Source of the DNA: Sphyrna mokarran
Taxonomy: Eukaryota
Direction of reading: 5' to 3'
DNA length: 64,000 nt
NCBI GenBank assembly: GCA_024679065.1
Contig: JAGIQG010000029.1
Coordinates: 8,928,001-8,992,000, forward strand
In this document: positions 12,701-25,390 of the stretch, in pieces
Numbering within the stretch: the first letter of the stretch is position 1
Layout of the letters: the number at the start of each line of letters is the position of its first letter
Position numbers and translations under genes: made by a program
Notes under the pieces: generated by a model
Databases searched by the model: none
Seen by the model: the letters and a program-made list of their open reading frames with translations, nothing else
What the model was told of the DNA's origin: nothing

Positions 12701-13857
12701 CTTAAAACCTCTTGCCCTCAGTAGTACACTCATTCCTCCCTTGAAAATTCAGCCTGCTTTTACTTTTGCACTAAAATAATGGAATTTTCCATTAACGGCA
12801 TCTGTTTGGGTAGCACGTCTTTTGGACTGTGGGGGGAAATCAGTGCACCCAGAGAAAACCATGCAGATACAGGCAGAACATGTAGAGCTCACACAGACAG
12901 TGACCCAAGGCAGCGAATGAAAAAGTGATGCTGAGCTTGGGTTTAAAATATCTGAAGATCAGAAGGAGGTCCCCAAATGTTTGAGAAGTGTATTTTCAGC
13001 TTGTCCATCAACTTTGCAATAGCCTTCCAGAATTATGCCTTGATTCTGAATCTCATGGGATTTATTGGTCTTTTTTCTCCTCTTTCTTTCTCGCGCTCTC
13101 GCTCTGTCGCGCTCCTGCTGTCCCTACATTGTTAACAACATCACCACCAACCCCCCCCTTCACCCCCAACCTCCTCTCCTTCTCCAGCAAAATCCGACAC
13201 CACGTGGAATGCAGCTGATCAAGAAGGCAGTGTTGCTGGCGTGGTATTTTGAACAAACATTTAAAACAAAAGTCTGAAATCCACGAAAGCAAAATACTGG
13301 AGATGCTAGAAAAAAGAAACAAAAACAGAATTCTAGAAATAATCAGCAAGCCTGGCAGCGTCTGAGGAGCAAGGAAGTGAGGTTAATGTTTCAGGTGAAG
13401 TGTTAGCACCTATGGAGAAAGAAAGGAGGAAGAGAAAAACGGAGATTCTTCAATAGTTCCCATGAGATTCATAATCAAGGCATAATTCTGGAAGACCATT
13501 GCAAAGTTGATGAACAAGCTGAAAATAAACTTTTCTCAAACATTTGGCGACCTCCTGACCTTCAGATATTTTAAACCCAAGTTCAGCATCACTTTTTTTC
13601 AATTGCTGCATTGGGTCACTGTCTGCGTGAGCTCTGCGTGTTCTCTGTGTATCTGCATAGTTTTCTCCGGGTGCAATGGTTTCCTCGAACAGTGCAAAAG
13701 GCATGCTATCCAAACAGATGCCGTTAATGGAAAATTCCATTATTTTAGTGGGGGGAAAAAAAAATCAGGCTGAATTTTCAAGGGAGGAGTGAATATGCTA
13801 TTGGGGGTAAGAGGTTTTATAGAGTCACAAGCAGGCTTACATTAACACTGCAATGAA
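12653..13857. repeat. Long inverted repeat: arms 12653-13067 and 13451-13857, spacer about 385 bp
   Basis: e.g. ctaaaataatggaattttccattaacggcatctgtttgg vs ccaaacagatgccgttaatggaaaattccattattttag; colinear over the whole arm. Confidence 0.95.
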
Positions 13858-14307
13858 ATCTATCTCTGCATGGTCTTCATTAGATGCAAGGTAAAGCTCC
13901 CACTACATTGTCCTGCTGGGCATTACAAGGTTGGGTGTAGTGTGAGTTCCAATAATTCGCTGCTTCAGTGAATGGTGCCAAATTATGTTCAGAATGAATT
14001 AACTGAAGTAAAGCAGTACATGCCCTAACCTAGCAGTGTTTTAAACCCAACCTCAACAAAGTGCACCTGTGTGTCATTTACACCATTATCTCTATTGCTT
14101 GTCTAAGCGAAATTGTGAATCTGATTCCAATTTGCACTTTTTTTTTTGAGGGTCAGCGTGCTCCTTAACTGGTTGGGACTGCTTAAACAGATTTCAAAGA
14201 ACACTAGTAAGCGAGTAGCTTTTTGTCTGATCAATTTGAACAGAATTCTGTGTAGCTAAAAGTGCATGGTCTCACCAACTTTGTCCTGTAAAGTGCTTTA
14301 AAATTTA

Positions 14308-15020
14308 AAGTTTATTTGTTAGTGTCACAAGTAGACATATATTAACACTGAAATGAAGTTACTGTGAAAATCCCCTAGTTGCCACACTCCAGTATCTGTT
14401 TGGGTACACTGAGGGAGAACTTAACATGGCCAATGCACCTAACTTCTAAGTCTTTCAGACTCTAAGAAGAGACCAGAGCACCTGGAGGAAACCCACGCAG
14501 ACACAAAATGTGCTGACTCCACAGAGACAGAGACCCAAGCCATGCATCAAACCCAGATCTCTGGTGCTAACTACTGTGCTGCCCTTGTGGTGCAAACACG
14601 AATTAAATATTTTTGATTTTGCTGTGCGATAGGAATCTTAAAGTATGTAATGTGTACATTGCTGTGATTTGGGAATATAAAATGAGCACTAATTGTAACA
14701 GAGAAAGACTAAGTGAATTTTTTTTCAATGCTAGAATCTCTAAAGTGCAAAAGGAGGCCATTTCACCCTTTCAGCCTGAACCAACAACCGTCCAACCTAG
14801 GCCCTGTCCCCATAACCACACCTATTTATCCTGCTAATCCCCCTGGCACTAAGAAAATTTTAGCATGGCCAATCCACTTAACCTCAGGTCTTTGAACTGT
14901 GGGAGGAAACCCACACAGACAGGGAGAGAAAGTGTGGAATTCCACACTATCACCTAAGGCTGGAATTAAACCCAAGTGCCTGGTGCTGTGAAACAGCTAA
15001 CCACTAACACCATGGCACCC
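14308..15020 (-). mobile_element. Two V-SINEs (14308-14584 alternative tail; 14732-15020 CR1 tail)
   Basis: ggaggaaacccacgcagacac / gggaggaaacccacacagac cores with tRNA heads on the minus strand. Confidence 0.75.
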
Positions 15021-16220
15021 ATATTGCTTGTATTCTTCGTTCAATCTCTTAATGTTGTATTGCGGGAGTACTGCACATTTGGAGGTGTGGGGTCTTTTGG
15101 ATGAAATATTACACAAAGCTTGTCTTTTCCTCTGAAGCATTAAGAATTTTGTAGAAAAGCAAAGCAGTTCTTCTCAACATCCTGCCTAACATTTACCCTT
15201 CGACTAATATCTTGAAAATGGATTGTTTGGTCACATTACTTCACTCTTTGTGAGACTGTGTGCAAGTTGTCTACCACGCTTCCTACGACAATGACGACAC
15301 TTCAGAAGCACTTTGCTGTAAAGTGTTTTGGGAATTCCTGGGTTTGTGGAAAGGGTTATATAAACGCAAGTTTGTTTATCTTGTATGTAGTGTTTTGAAT
15401 TCAGTTTGGGTATTTCCACCAGCACTGCGTGCATAGCTGCAAGTACAGTGATGAAATGAAGCAGTTAGTGCAGAGATCAGTGATCCAGACATTGTAAAAT
15501 TTGATGAGCACAATAGTAGAACTTTGTAAGGCTCTACTTCTGTTTTCAGAAGTATGTGGCATGCCAGTGGATTTATTTTAATTTGTTTTTGGAAGTATTT
15601 TATTCAAACTCTATGTGCCAGCACTTGTTTTCATTACTTCCAGATGTTTTGGAATAAAATTTTATAACAGAATCTCGATCATCCACGTTCCCGTTACCTG
15701 CAGGAGATTTCACTGGATTCAGCATTTCCTAAGGCTTCACGTTGTTGTACTCTTGGATTCCTTTGATAAATAAATCTTGCAGCTTTTTTTAAAAACAAAA
15801 GAATGAATTCATTTCAGTACTTGTCTTGTGTTTGGCCTTATTCCCACTGACTATGTCATATTCCTGAGTAGAAGAGCGAAATATGGGGATTCTCTATTTG
15901 ACAATTGAATTCTCCCCCAGTGATCTCCCTTCTGACTATTAGCCGTGGCTCAGTTGGTTTCGAAGTCAGAAGGTGTGGGTTAAAATACCACTCGAGATTT
16001 CACAATGTTGGCTGACACCGAGCTGTAGTTCTGAGGGATTACTGCTTGAGTATGCTGACTCCTATGGAGATGCCATTCTCTTTAATGCTGATAGCTATCT
16101 GTCTGACCTGGGCCATCAATGTTAGCAACCTCTTAGATTGTGAAGGATCACATCTGAGCCAATCCTTTCCTGACTGCCGATGTTGGAAGTACCTTTCGGA
16201 TGAAACCAGAAGTTTTAATC

Positions 16221-16643
16221 ATCAGAATCCCTGTGGCGCAGATGGAGGCCATTTTGGCCCATTGAGTCTGGGTGGGATCACAATACCACCCAGGCTCTAT
16301 CCCTGTAACCCTATTTATTTACTCTGTTAGTATCCCTGACGCTAAGGAGCAGTTTAACATGGTGAATCAACCTAACCTGGACATCTGAAAGACGTGCTGG
16401 TTAAGTACACTAACCTGAACAGTGTGGCGACTCGGGGGAATTTTGCAGTAACTTCACTGGATTGTTAATAAATAAAGTTTTTAATTTATCTTTGGAGGAA
16501 ACCAGAGCACCCAGAGGAATCTCGTACAGGAATGGGGAGAATGTGCAAACTCCACACAGGTAGTCACTTTCAAGGCTTGAATTGAACCCGAGTTCCTAGC
16601 ACTGTAAGGAGGAACTGCTAACCTCTGTGCCACTGTGCTGCCC
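16221..16643 (-). mobile_element. V-SINE interrupted by an oppositely oriented alternative-tail SINE fragment (16385-16480)
   Basis: Minus-strand SINE split at acatct...atctttgg; the insert carries gtgtggcgactcggggg...gcagtaacttcact. Confidence 0.7.
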
Positions 16644-17467
16644 TAAAGCATCTGACTTTTTTACCCCTTGGCAATATTATCTGTTTTTCTTGGTTTAAAG
16701 AAAACAGATTTCATTACAGCTGTTTGAAAGCACTCTATTATTTGTGAACTAGCACCCCATCGATAAGAGTGTCAGTCCATACTCCTAACTGCATCTCTAG
16801 AGCTCATCCTGTTGCAGGACAGAACGCTGCCTGTGTTTTTCAAGCAGACGTGGTTCTGTAATGATGCACTTCACTTTTATTTTTTGACAAGACTTTGTGG
16901 TCTCCCTGGATAAACATTGAGATTGAGCTGAAAGCCAGGTTGGGTCTTTGGGTCAGGATTGTAATGTTTTCGTTTGCTTTCCTAATGGTGCTAACTCCAG
17001 CTGAGATACAATTCTGTGGATGTGTTTAGCCTTCTAGTATTTTCTCTTGACCATTGTGTTGGCAAGCTATTTGACCAGGGGGCACCATATCCTGGCAATT
17101 CCTGTTCACATTCTCTTCTTTACCCCACACATACTGCCTAGTTGTCTGGGGAGAGTGAGTAGAATTTCCCTTCTTTGAATGTTTCAATTGTTCTGGTTTC
17201 TTTTAGTGACTTGTGCTCATTTTTGCCATGATTTCAAAATATCAAGGAGCAAATTCAACTAATGACAATCTCCTGGAAGCAACGATAAGAGTGCAGAAAA
17301 GAGCCAAATAATTCTAGTGTTCAAGCTGCAGCTTAAAGTAGACTGGCTCGATGGTCCTTCTAAATATTTTTGAAATCCCTAATTTGAACTCCTACCACTG
17401 TGAATATCAAATTAACATTGAAAAGACTTTGTTTTTCTTTTGCCAGTTCTTTACATGTAGCTGCTAG

Positions 17468-17905
17468 CACACAGTAAAAAGTCTCAATACCAGGTTAAAG
17501 TCTAACAGATTAAGATCCAGTAGGCACAGGAGGGTGAGCAGAAACTGATAGCCAAGTTTTGCACGCGTGAGGATGGACTCGACCAGGATCTTGGGTTCAT
17601 GTCACACTATACGCAACTCCACCATTTGGTCTCGGTTTGCAAGATCCGACTAACTGTCCTGACTTGAGACAATTCACACCTCTTTAACTTGCAATTGTTC
17701 TTCCCTTCACTCTCACTGTATCTTGTAAGGACTTGATTACCTGTAAGGACTTCTTGTATTCCTACCATTTCTTGCAATTGTCTATGTATGCCGCGTTTGT
17801 GAAATCTACCTCTCTGCTCACCTGATGAAGGAGCAGTGCTCCAAAAGTCCGAGATTCTAAATAAACCTGTTGCACTTTAACCTGGTGTTGTGAGACTTCT
17901 TACTA
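17468..17905 (+). mobile_element. 5'-truncated Penelope-like element with inverted 5' pLTR piece and degraded hammerhead
   Basis: Encodes EQKLIAKF..REDGL..DLGFMSHY (matches the end of the 26072-26812 ORF); cacctgatgaaggagcagtgctccaaaag; 5' agtaaaaagtctcaataccaggttaaagtc is inverted relative to 3' ctttaacctggtgttgtgagacttcttact. Confidence 0.9.
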
Positions 17906-18212
17906 CTCATGATTATATACTTCATCTACTTCAGATTACACACAGCTCTGTCATGATTCCTTATCTGCCCCAGTGTGTGATGGACTACTGAAGATCTCTT
18001 ACAGATCTAGACTAACCACTTGTTCCCCAACGGGCGCATGAGTATTTTATTTCATGTACCAGTGGTGTGAGGAGCAGCTGTGTTCTTCACTGAGCCATGT
18101 GCAGTAGTCGCCCACACTGACCAGGGATGTCCCATGACTTTTTTGTTCATGCTGGCTACGGTACAGCTAAAGGTACAACAAATATGTTTAGTGTCAACTG
18201 TGTTCTCGGTAT

Positions 18213-18790
18213 ATAGAATCTAGAGTGGTGCAGAAGAAAGCCATTCAGCCTATCAAGCATGCACTGACAACAATCCCATCCAGGTCCTATTCCTGTATCC
18301 CCCTCATATTTACTGTCCCGGTACCCCTGATATCAAGGGGCAATTTATCATGGCCAGTCAACCTAACCTGCACGTCTTTGAACAGTGGTGGAAATTGGAA
18401 CATGTGGAGGAAACCCAAGCAGACATGGGGAGAACATGCAAACTCCACACAGACGGTGACTCAAGACGGGACTCATAAAATCGTGAAATCCCTCCGGTGC
18501 AGAAGGAGGCCATTTGGTCCATCTGAGTCTGCTCCAACAATAATCCCACCCCAGACCCTATCCCCACACAGTTACCCTACCAATCCCTCTGACCTATACA
18601 TCGCAGAACACTAAGGGACAATTTTAGCATAGCTAATCCACTTAACCCGCATATCTTTTGGAGTGTGGGAGGAAACCCAAGCAGACATGGGGAGAATGTG
18701 CAAACTCCACACATACAGTGACCCAAACTGGGAATCAAACCCCAGATCCCTGGTCTGAGAGGCAGCCGTACTAACTACTGTGCTGCCCTG
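18213..18790 (-). mobile_element. Two adjacent V-SINEs
   Basis: ggaggaaacccaagcagacatggggagaa core present twice (about 18407 and 18669). Confidence 0.8.
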
Positions 18791-19165
18791 AAGTCCTTAT
18801 GCTCCTTAGTTCTCTGGTGACCCATGTGCAAAAGTGAGTATGAGAACACAAGCTGGGTTTGAGCAGGGTCATAGTTAGTTGTACTAACATCCACAGTCTG
18901 ATATTTTGTGATCCTTGACCATTTTGAGTAAGTCCAGGGGACAGCAGCAACAATGATTCTTTTTACTTTGCAAAGCTACCAGAGAGATGGGAAGAAAGTT
19001 TGGTCAGGATGGTTGTGATTGGAGAGGTGTTGGTGAGAATGTGTGGATCAGATCAGTAACTTGCATGTTGCAGGCATCTGTTTGTTTTTCTAATTTTTTT
19101 ATGATATTTACATTTTTAACTTTGCCCAGTAGGCGCTAGCGAGCACCTTGGTTCTTTGGAAAATC

Positions 19166-19182
19166 TGTGTGTGTGTGTGTGT
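19166..19182. repeat. (TG)n microsatellite
   Basis: tgtgtgtgtgtgtgtgt. Confidence 0.9.
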
Positions 19183-20864
19183 TACTTTGAGGCTGAGGGT
19201 CCTTTCTCAATTAACTTGAAGGCTTTGATGGAGTTTCCAGTGTTGGATTCTCTGAAGCATGTATGCAAGGGTAACAGTTACTGGCCTTAACACTTGCTCT
19301 AGTTTCTAAAATTGCACATTAAAAGTGGCTGTCAATTGAGGATTGGTCCTTTTAAACAGCCAATAAAAGTTACCAATATGAATGAAGAGCCAACTATTAG
19401 TTTGGGAGTTAATGGCACCTCTTCAGCTAAGTCTCCTGCTGGGTGTAATGTGTTTATGTGCATTCTATAATAGCTGGAATATCTAGGGGTGTGAAATCAG
19501 TTATTTCTACCTCCTTTATATCTGATCTAACATTGTAAGTGGATACCATTTGATTAGCCATGCTAAATTGCCCCTTACTGTCTGGGGATTAACATGGTAA
19601 ATATGTGAGTTTACAGGGATAGGACTTGGTTGGGATTGTTCTGTTGGTGCAATCTCAGTGCTGAAAGAATTCCTACAGGGCAGAAGGAGGCCTATGTCTG
19701 TCAGTTCCAAAATCCAATCAACTTCATCCTTGAATCTCTTCAACCTGGTTGCCATAACGTTAAGCCATTCCCGATCGTCCCTGCAATGCACAAGGAGGCA
19801 ATTCGGCCCATCGAGCCTGCACCGACAACAATCCCACTCTGGCCCTATCTATAGCACTGGATATTTACCCTGTTAATCTCCTGACACTAAGGGGCAATTT
19901 GGCATGGCCAATTAATCTAACTCGTACACCTTTTGGAGTATGAGATAGGGTGTAATTTGTGACTCTGCTTGTGGACCAATTTCCTGCTCCACCAAGGAGC
20001 AACCATTGATCATACTTCCAATACCTCTGTGCATTATGCAGTTTAGCATTCCCAGCAATAACTTCGCTTCTGCCTGCCCACATTTTTCCTTTGCCTTTCT
20101 GTGTGTTGCTAAATGTTCATGTTGTGGAAAGGTGAACTCGTGCCAGTAGGTGTAGTTTGAAATGTTGTTAGTTGATGATCATTTCCAGCAGAGGATGTTC
20201 AAGACTGAGCCCTGACAGTTATGACATTTACATAATGTTTTGGGACTTTTGTTGAAAGCTTTTTGGAGGATTTGTTTTCTTCATTTCCGAAGTGGGAACA
20301 TTGGATAGAAGACTGCAGTGACTGGGCTTGTGACTTTGCTTCCTCTCCTGCTTGCCAAAAACAGTGCTATTGCCCTGTGCATGGTTGAAATCCAGTCCAG
20401 GTTGAATTTGCTCCTGGCTTTGACTGAACCCGATGAAAATGGTACTGCAAAGGGTAGTTTGTGCTTCTCGAAATGTTTATGCCGGAGGCTTCTTTTCGAG
20501 TGCCAGCTGTCCAGCAAAATGTTGATTGAACTTTGTCATTTAGTCTTCTACCTTTTTTCTAGTCTGCTTTCCAAACAGTCTTTAGAAACGCTTCTAAGTC
20601 TGGGTAACACAGTTCATCAATGATTTAACCCCTTCTGTTTTTAGAAAGTTTAGGAATCTCCAATTCTACAGTTCTGGTGCTTGATGCATTTTTCCAAATA
20701 GGTGGAAAAGATACATTTTAAATTCTTGTTATTATGTTCATTTATTTTGAGTGAATACTTGTTCACACAAACGTAATGTGCTTTTAAAGATTAGTATTAG
20801 TGATTTGATCTATCAGAATCTGAAGTTTGCAAATTCGATCAAGAATGAGGTAAGTTAGCATAAT

Positions 20865-21125
20865 GATAAGCACGGCTGCTTCACAGTGCCAGAGAGCCAG
20901 GTTTGATACCACCTTCGGGGATTGTCTGTGTGGAGTTTGCACATTCTCCCCTCCTGATGCTCTGCTTTTCTCCCACTGCGCAAAGATTTGTAGTTTGGGT
21001 GGATTGTCTGTCCTAGGTTGTTAGTGGGGTTACGGGGATGGGATCTGGTTAAGATGCTCTGTTGGAGAGTCTGTGCAGACTTGATGGGCCGAATGGTGGC
21101 CTCCTGCACTATGGGGGGGATTCTG
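20865..21125 (+). mobile_element. HE1-like V-SINE with CR1 tail
   Basis: gtctgtgtggagtttgcacattctcccc core; gatgggccgaatggtggcctcctgcact tail. Confidence 0.75.
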
Positions 21126-23194
21126 AGTCTGATCATCAACAGATTGAATTCATTTGCTGCTTAATAAGAGGGGGTTTTCTGCCTGTTCCTGTTGTAATTT
21201 CATTCGCTTCACGAACCCAAAAGCTGTCAGCAAGTCCATAGAAATTCCTCTTTTTATTCTTTTCTCCACCCCCTCCTCCCCCTTTCGCTTAAAACTCATG
21301 GTGTTACTAAATTTTCTTGGATTCTGATGAGTGGCCATCAATCTGAACTGTCAACTCTGTTCTCTCTCTCCACAGGTACTAGTAAACCTGCTGAGTATTT
21401 CCAGCATTTTCTGTTTTTGTTGGGCATTTTTCATATGTAAGGCTACAGTGAGTCAGCAGACTGCTTCTCTGAGGAGAGTGGTATGCCAATGGCTTCCCTC
21501 CTTTCTGGCTTTGTTTAGGTGCTCTGTTCTGCAGACCCACATTACCTAATGGCTTCGATACTATCTTAAATAAACACTGACTGAAGGAAGGGGAGTCTTT
21601 TCTCATCCTTCAGCTGCACCTGGATTGCTTCTACTGTGAAAAATTAATTTGTGGGATGTGGGCATAGTTGGCTGAGCCAACATGCATTGACCATTCTAGG
21701 CCTTTGATTATTGCCACGTACTGAGTTACAGTGATAACATTGTTTTGTGCATTATACATACAAATACCATTCGTAGCTTGTAAAGGGCTGCCACACTCCG
21801 GTGCCATCCTGAAACATGGATGTAATCAATCCATTCAATACCGTATCCCCGTTCTCTCCGCTTCCCGTGTTGTGGGGACTGGCTGCAAATATTTTAGGCG
21901 CTTGTTTGGAGAGATTGTGTAGGGCCGTTAAAAGTTGAGTCACACTTCTCCCTGTGATGGCACAGTGGTAATGTCACTGGATTAGTAATCTAGAAGTTCA
22001 GGCTAATGCTGTGAAGGTACACATTCAAATTCCACCTTAGTAGCTGGTGGAACTTATTTTAATAAATCTGGAATTAAAATTTGGTAATAGTGACCGTGAA
22101 TCCATTGTCGATTGTTGTCAAAAGCCATGTGGATCAGTTATCTCTGCAGGGAAAGAAATCTTTACCTGGTCTGGCCTACATGTGACTTCAGACCCTCAGC
22201 AATGTGATTGATTCTTAAATGGCCTAGCAAGCCACTCCGTTGCATTCTTTTAGGTTTAATGATTTAAATGCAATCAGATGGATGGCCTGGTATTAACCTA
22301 GCTATACCCAGTCCTGTCATCCCGGCAAATTCCCCCTTACTGACATCTGGGGGATTGTGCCGAAATTGGGAGAGCTGGCTCACAGACTAATCAAGCAACA
22401 GCCTGACATAGTCATATCTTACAGGCAGGTGCTAAAGGAACAACGAGAGATCTTGATTTGATTTATTATTGTCACATGTATTAATGTAGTGAAAAATATT
22501 GTTTCTTCATGTGCCATACAGACAAAGCACATCGTTCATCAAGAAGGAAAAGAGAGAGAGTGCAGAATGTAGTGTTAAAGTCATAGCTAGGGTGTAGAGA
22601 AAGATCAACTTCATGCAAAGTAGGTCCATTTAAAAGTCTGACATCAACAAGGAAGAAGCTCTTCAGTCGGTTGGTCCGTTTCCTCAGACTTTTGTAACTT
22701 TTTCCGATGGAAGAAGGTGGAACAGAGAGTGATCGGGGTGCGTGGGGTCCTTAATTATGCTGGCTGCTTTGTTGAGGCAGCTGGAAGTATAGACAAAGCC
22801 AATGGATGTGAGGCTGGTTGAACTAGACTTCATCATCACTAATCTACCTGTTACAGATGCATTTGTTGCACATCTATTAGTGTGTTGGTGAGAGTGACTA
22901 ATGTGGAGAGAAAGTTTTACCTTCACACTTAAGGATTCCCTCCATTATGCTATTTGGAATTAACACCTGGCTATATGGGATATATTTTAAACAGATCTAG
23001 CAACTCAAAAACTGGCCAGCAACAGTAGAATTGTATTTGATGACAATCTGTAACCTCGTGACGTAGCATGTCCCCCACTCTACTATTACCAAGGGATCAA
23101 CCCTGGTTCAATGAAGTGTGGAGGATGGCTTGCCAGGAGCCGCACCAGGCATACCTAAAAATGAGGTATTAACTTGATGAAGCTACAATACAAC

Positions 23195-24790
23195 TAAAAT
23201 TAAACAAGGCAAGTTAGATCGCACTGGAATACTGTGAACAGTTTTGGTCCCCTCTTCTAAGGAAGGGTAAAATGGCATTGGAGGCAGCCCATGGAAGGTT
23301 CACTAGCTTGATCTCAGGTATGGAGGAGTTTCCTTGTAAGGAGAGGTTGAGGCAGTCAGACCAGTACAAAATGGAGTTTAGAAGAATGAGGGGTGCCCTC
23401 AGTGAGATATCAAGGATTCTCACGGGGCTTGACAGGTTGATTTTTCCCCCTTGTGGGAGAATCACAGACCAGAAAGCATAATCTCAGATTAAGGAATCAT
23501 CCATTTAAGACAATTGAGGAGGAATTTCTTCTGAAGGTAGTGAATCTGGAATTTTTTTTGCTGCAGAGGGCTTTAGACACTGGGTCATGAAGTATGTACA
23601 AGGTTAAGATGCAATAAGAAGTCTTTCAACACCATGTTAAAGTCCAACAGGTTTATTTGATAGCACAAGCCACTAGCTTTTGGAGTGTTGCTCCTTCAAC
23701 AGGTAAGTGGCAGTTCTGTTCACAAACAGGGCATAGAAAGGCCCTCAATTTACAAAATAATGGTTGGAATATGAGTCTTTAGAAGTAGTCAAGCCTTAAA
23801 GGTACAGAATGCGAGTGGAGAGAGAGTTGAGCACAGGTTAAAGAGATGTGTATTGTCTCCAGCCAGGACAGTTAGTGAGATTTTGCAAGCCCAGATAAGT
23901 CATGGGGGGTTACAGATAGTGTGACATGAACCCAAGATCCCAGTTGAGGCAGTCCTCGTATGCAGAACTTGGTTATCAATCTCTGCTCAACGACTCTGCA
24001 TTGTTGTGTCGTGAAGGCCCCTTTGGAGAATGCTTACCCAAAGATCAGAAGCCAAATGCCCCTGACTGCTGAAGTGCTCCCCAACAGGAAGAGAACAGTC
24101 TTGCCTGGTGACTGTTGAGTGGTGCCCATTCATCTGTTGTCATAGTGTCTGCATGGTCTCCCCAAAATACCGTGCCTCAGGAAATCCTTTCTTGTGGCGT
24201 ATCAGGTCGACAACGTTGGCCAAGTTGCTAGAACACATACCTAAAACAGATGGCGGCAAGGTTGTGTGGTGTCATGGTTACTTTTCACCTGAATGTTGGG
24301 TAGTTTGCTGTGGACAATGGTCTGTTTGAGGTTGTGCAGTTATTTGAAGGCAAGAGTGCAGATGTTGGGATGGCCTTGGCAAGATAGATAAAGTTGAGAT
24401 GGACAGCTTTTTAATCAGTAAGTGAATTGAGGGTTTTGGGGATGAAGTGGAGTTGAGGGGTACCACAGCAGTTAGCACTGTTGCTTTACAATGCCAGGGA
24501 CTTCAGTTTGATCCCTGGTCGCTGTTTATGTAGAGTTTGTACATTCTCCCCATGTTTCTTTCCACCATTTGAAAGACATGTTGTTTAGGCACATTGACCT
24601 GAATAGGGTGCTGGATTGTGGCAACTAGGGAAATTTTATAATAAGTTCATTATTGTGTTAATGTCAGTCTACTTTTACCAGATCAAATTAACCAATTTGA
24701 CTGGTAAAATTAACTTTTATCAGATCAGTCATGATCTTATTGAATGCTCAATGGGCTAAAAGGTCTACTACTGCTCTTATGTCTTATGGC
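23195..24790 (+). mobile_element. CR1 LINE 3' fragment interrupted by a PLE and a SINE
   Basis: LEYCEQFWSP / RFTSLISGM remnant; tail gctcaatgggctaaaaggtctactactgctcttatgtcttatgg. Confidence 0.75.
23612..24385 (-). mobile_element. 5'-truncated Penelope-like element (GIY-YIG end and 3' UTR)
   Basis: Reverse complement of the PLE end (gtgtgacatgaacccaagatcc; caacgttggcc = ANVV); flanked by degenerate TSD aaggttaagatg / aaagttgagatg. Confidence 0.85.
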
Positions 24791-24888
24791 TTGCATGCTA
24801 GCCAAACAATGAAAGTGATAGAGAGCTACCAACTGATCAAATCTAAGCTCTGCAGTCCTGCCCCATCCAATCACAAATGGTGGGTGGA

Positions 24889-25007
24889 CTGAACAAAGAA
24901 CAAAACAGCACAGGAAACAGGCCCTTCGGCCCAACGAGCCCGCGCCGCCACCCCAATGTTCCCACCTCTACCCGTGATCCCTGTCCATGTTTATAGATCT
25001 ATGGATT
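24889..25007 (-). mobile_element. Very short 3'-end copy of the young CR1 family
   Basis: Near-identical to 7559-7668 and to the reverse complement of 50280-50392. Confidence 0.85.
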
Positions 25008-25390
25008 GTGAAGGAGGGGCTCCACAAATATTCCCATCCTCAAATGGTGGAGGGGTCCAGCAATCCAGGCAAACGATAACGCTGAAGCATTTATGAAAAT
25101 CTTAAGCCAGAAATGTTGAGTGGATGATCCATCTCTGCTGGCCCTCTGAGGATCTCAGCATTACAGATGTCAATCTTCAGTTGATTTAATTAACTCCATG
25201 TAATATCAGGAAATGGCTGAAGGCACTAGATATTGCAAAGGCTGTGGACAACATTCCAGCAATAGTACAGAAGACTTGTGCTCCAGAACCAGCTTTGCTC
25301 CCCAAGTTGTTCCAGTGCAGCTACAACAACACCATCTCTTTTGTAATGTGGAAAATTGCCCAGATATGCCCTGTCCACAAAGTGCAGGAC

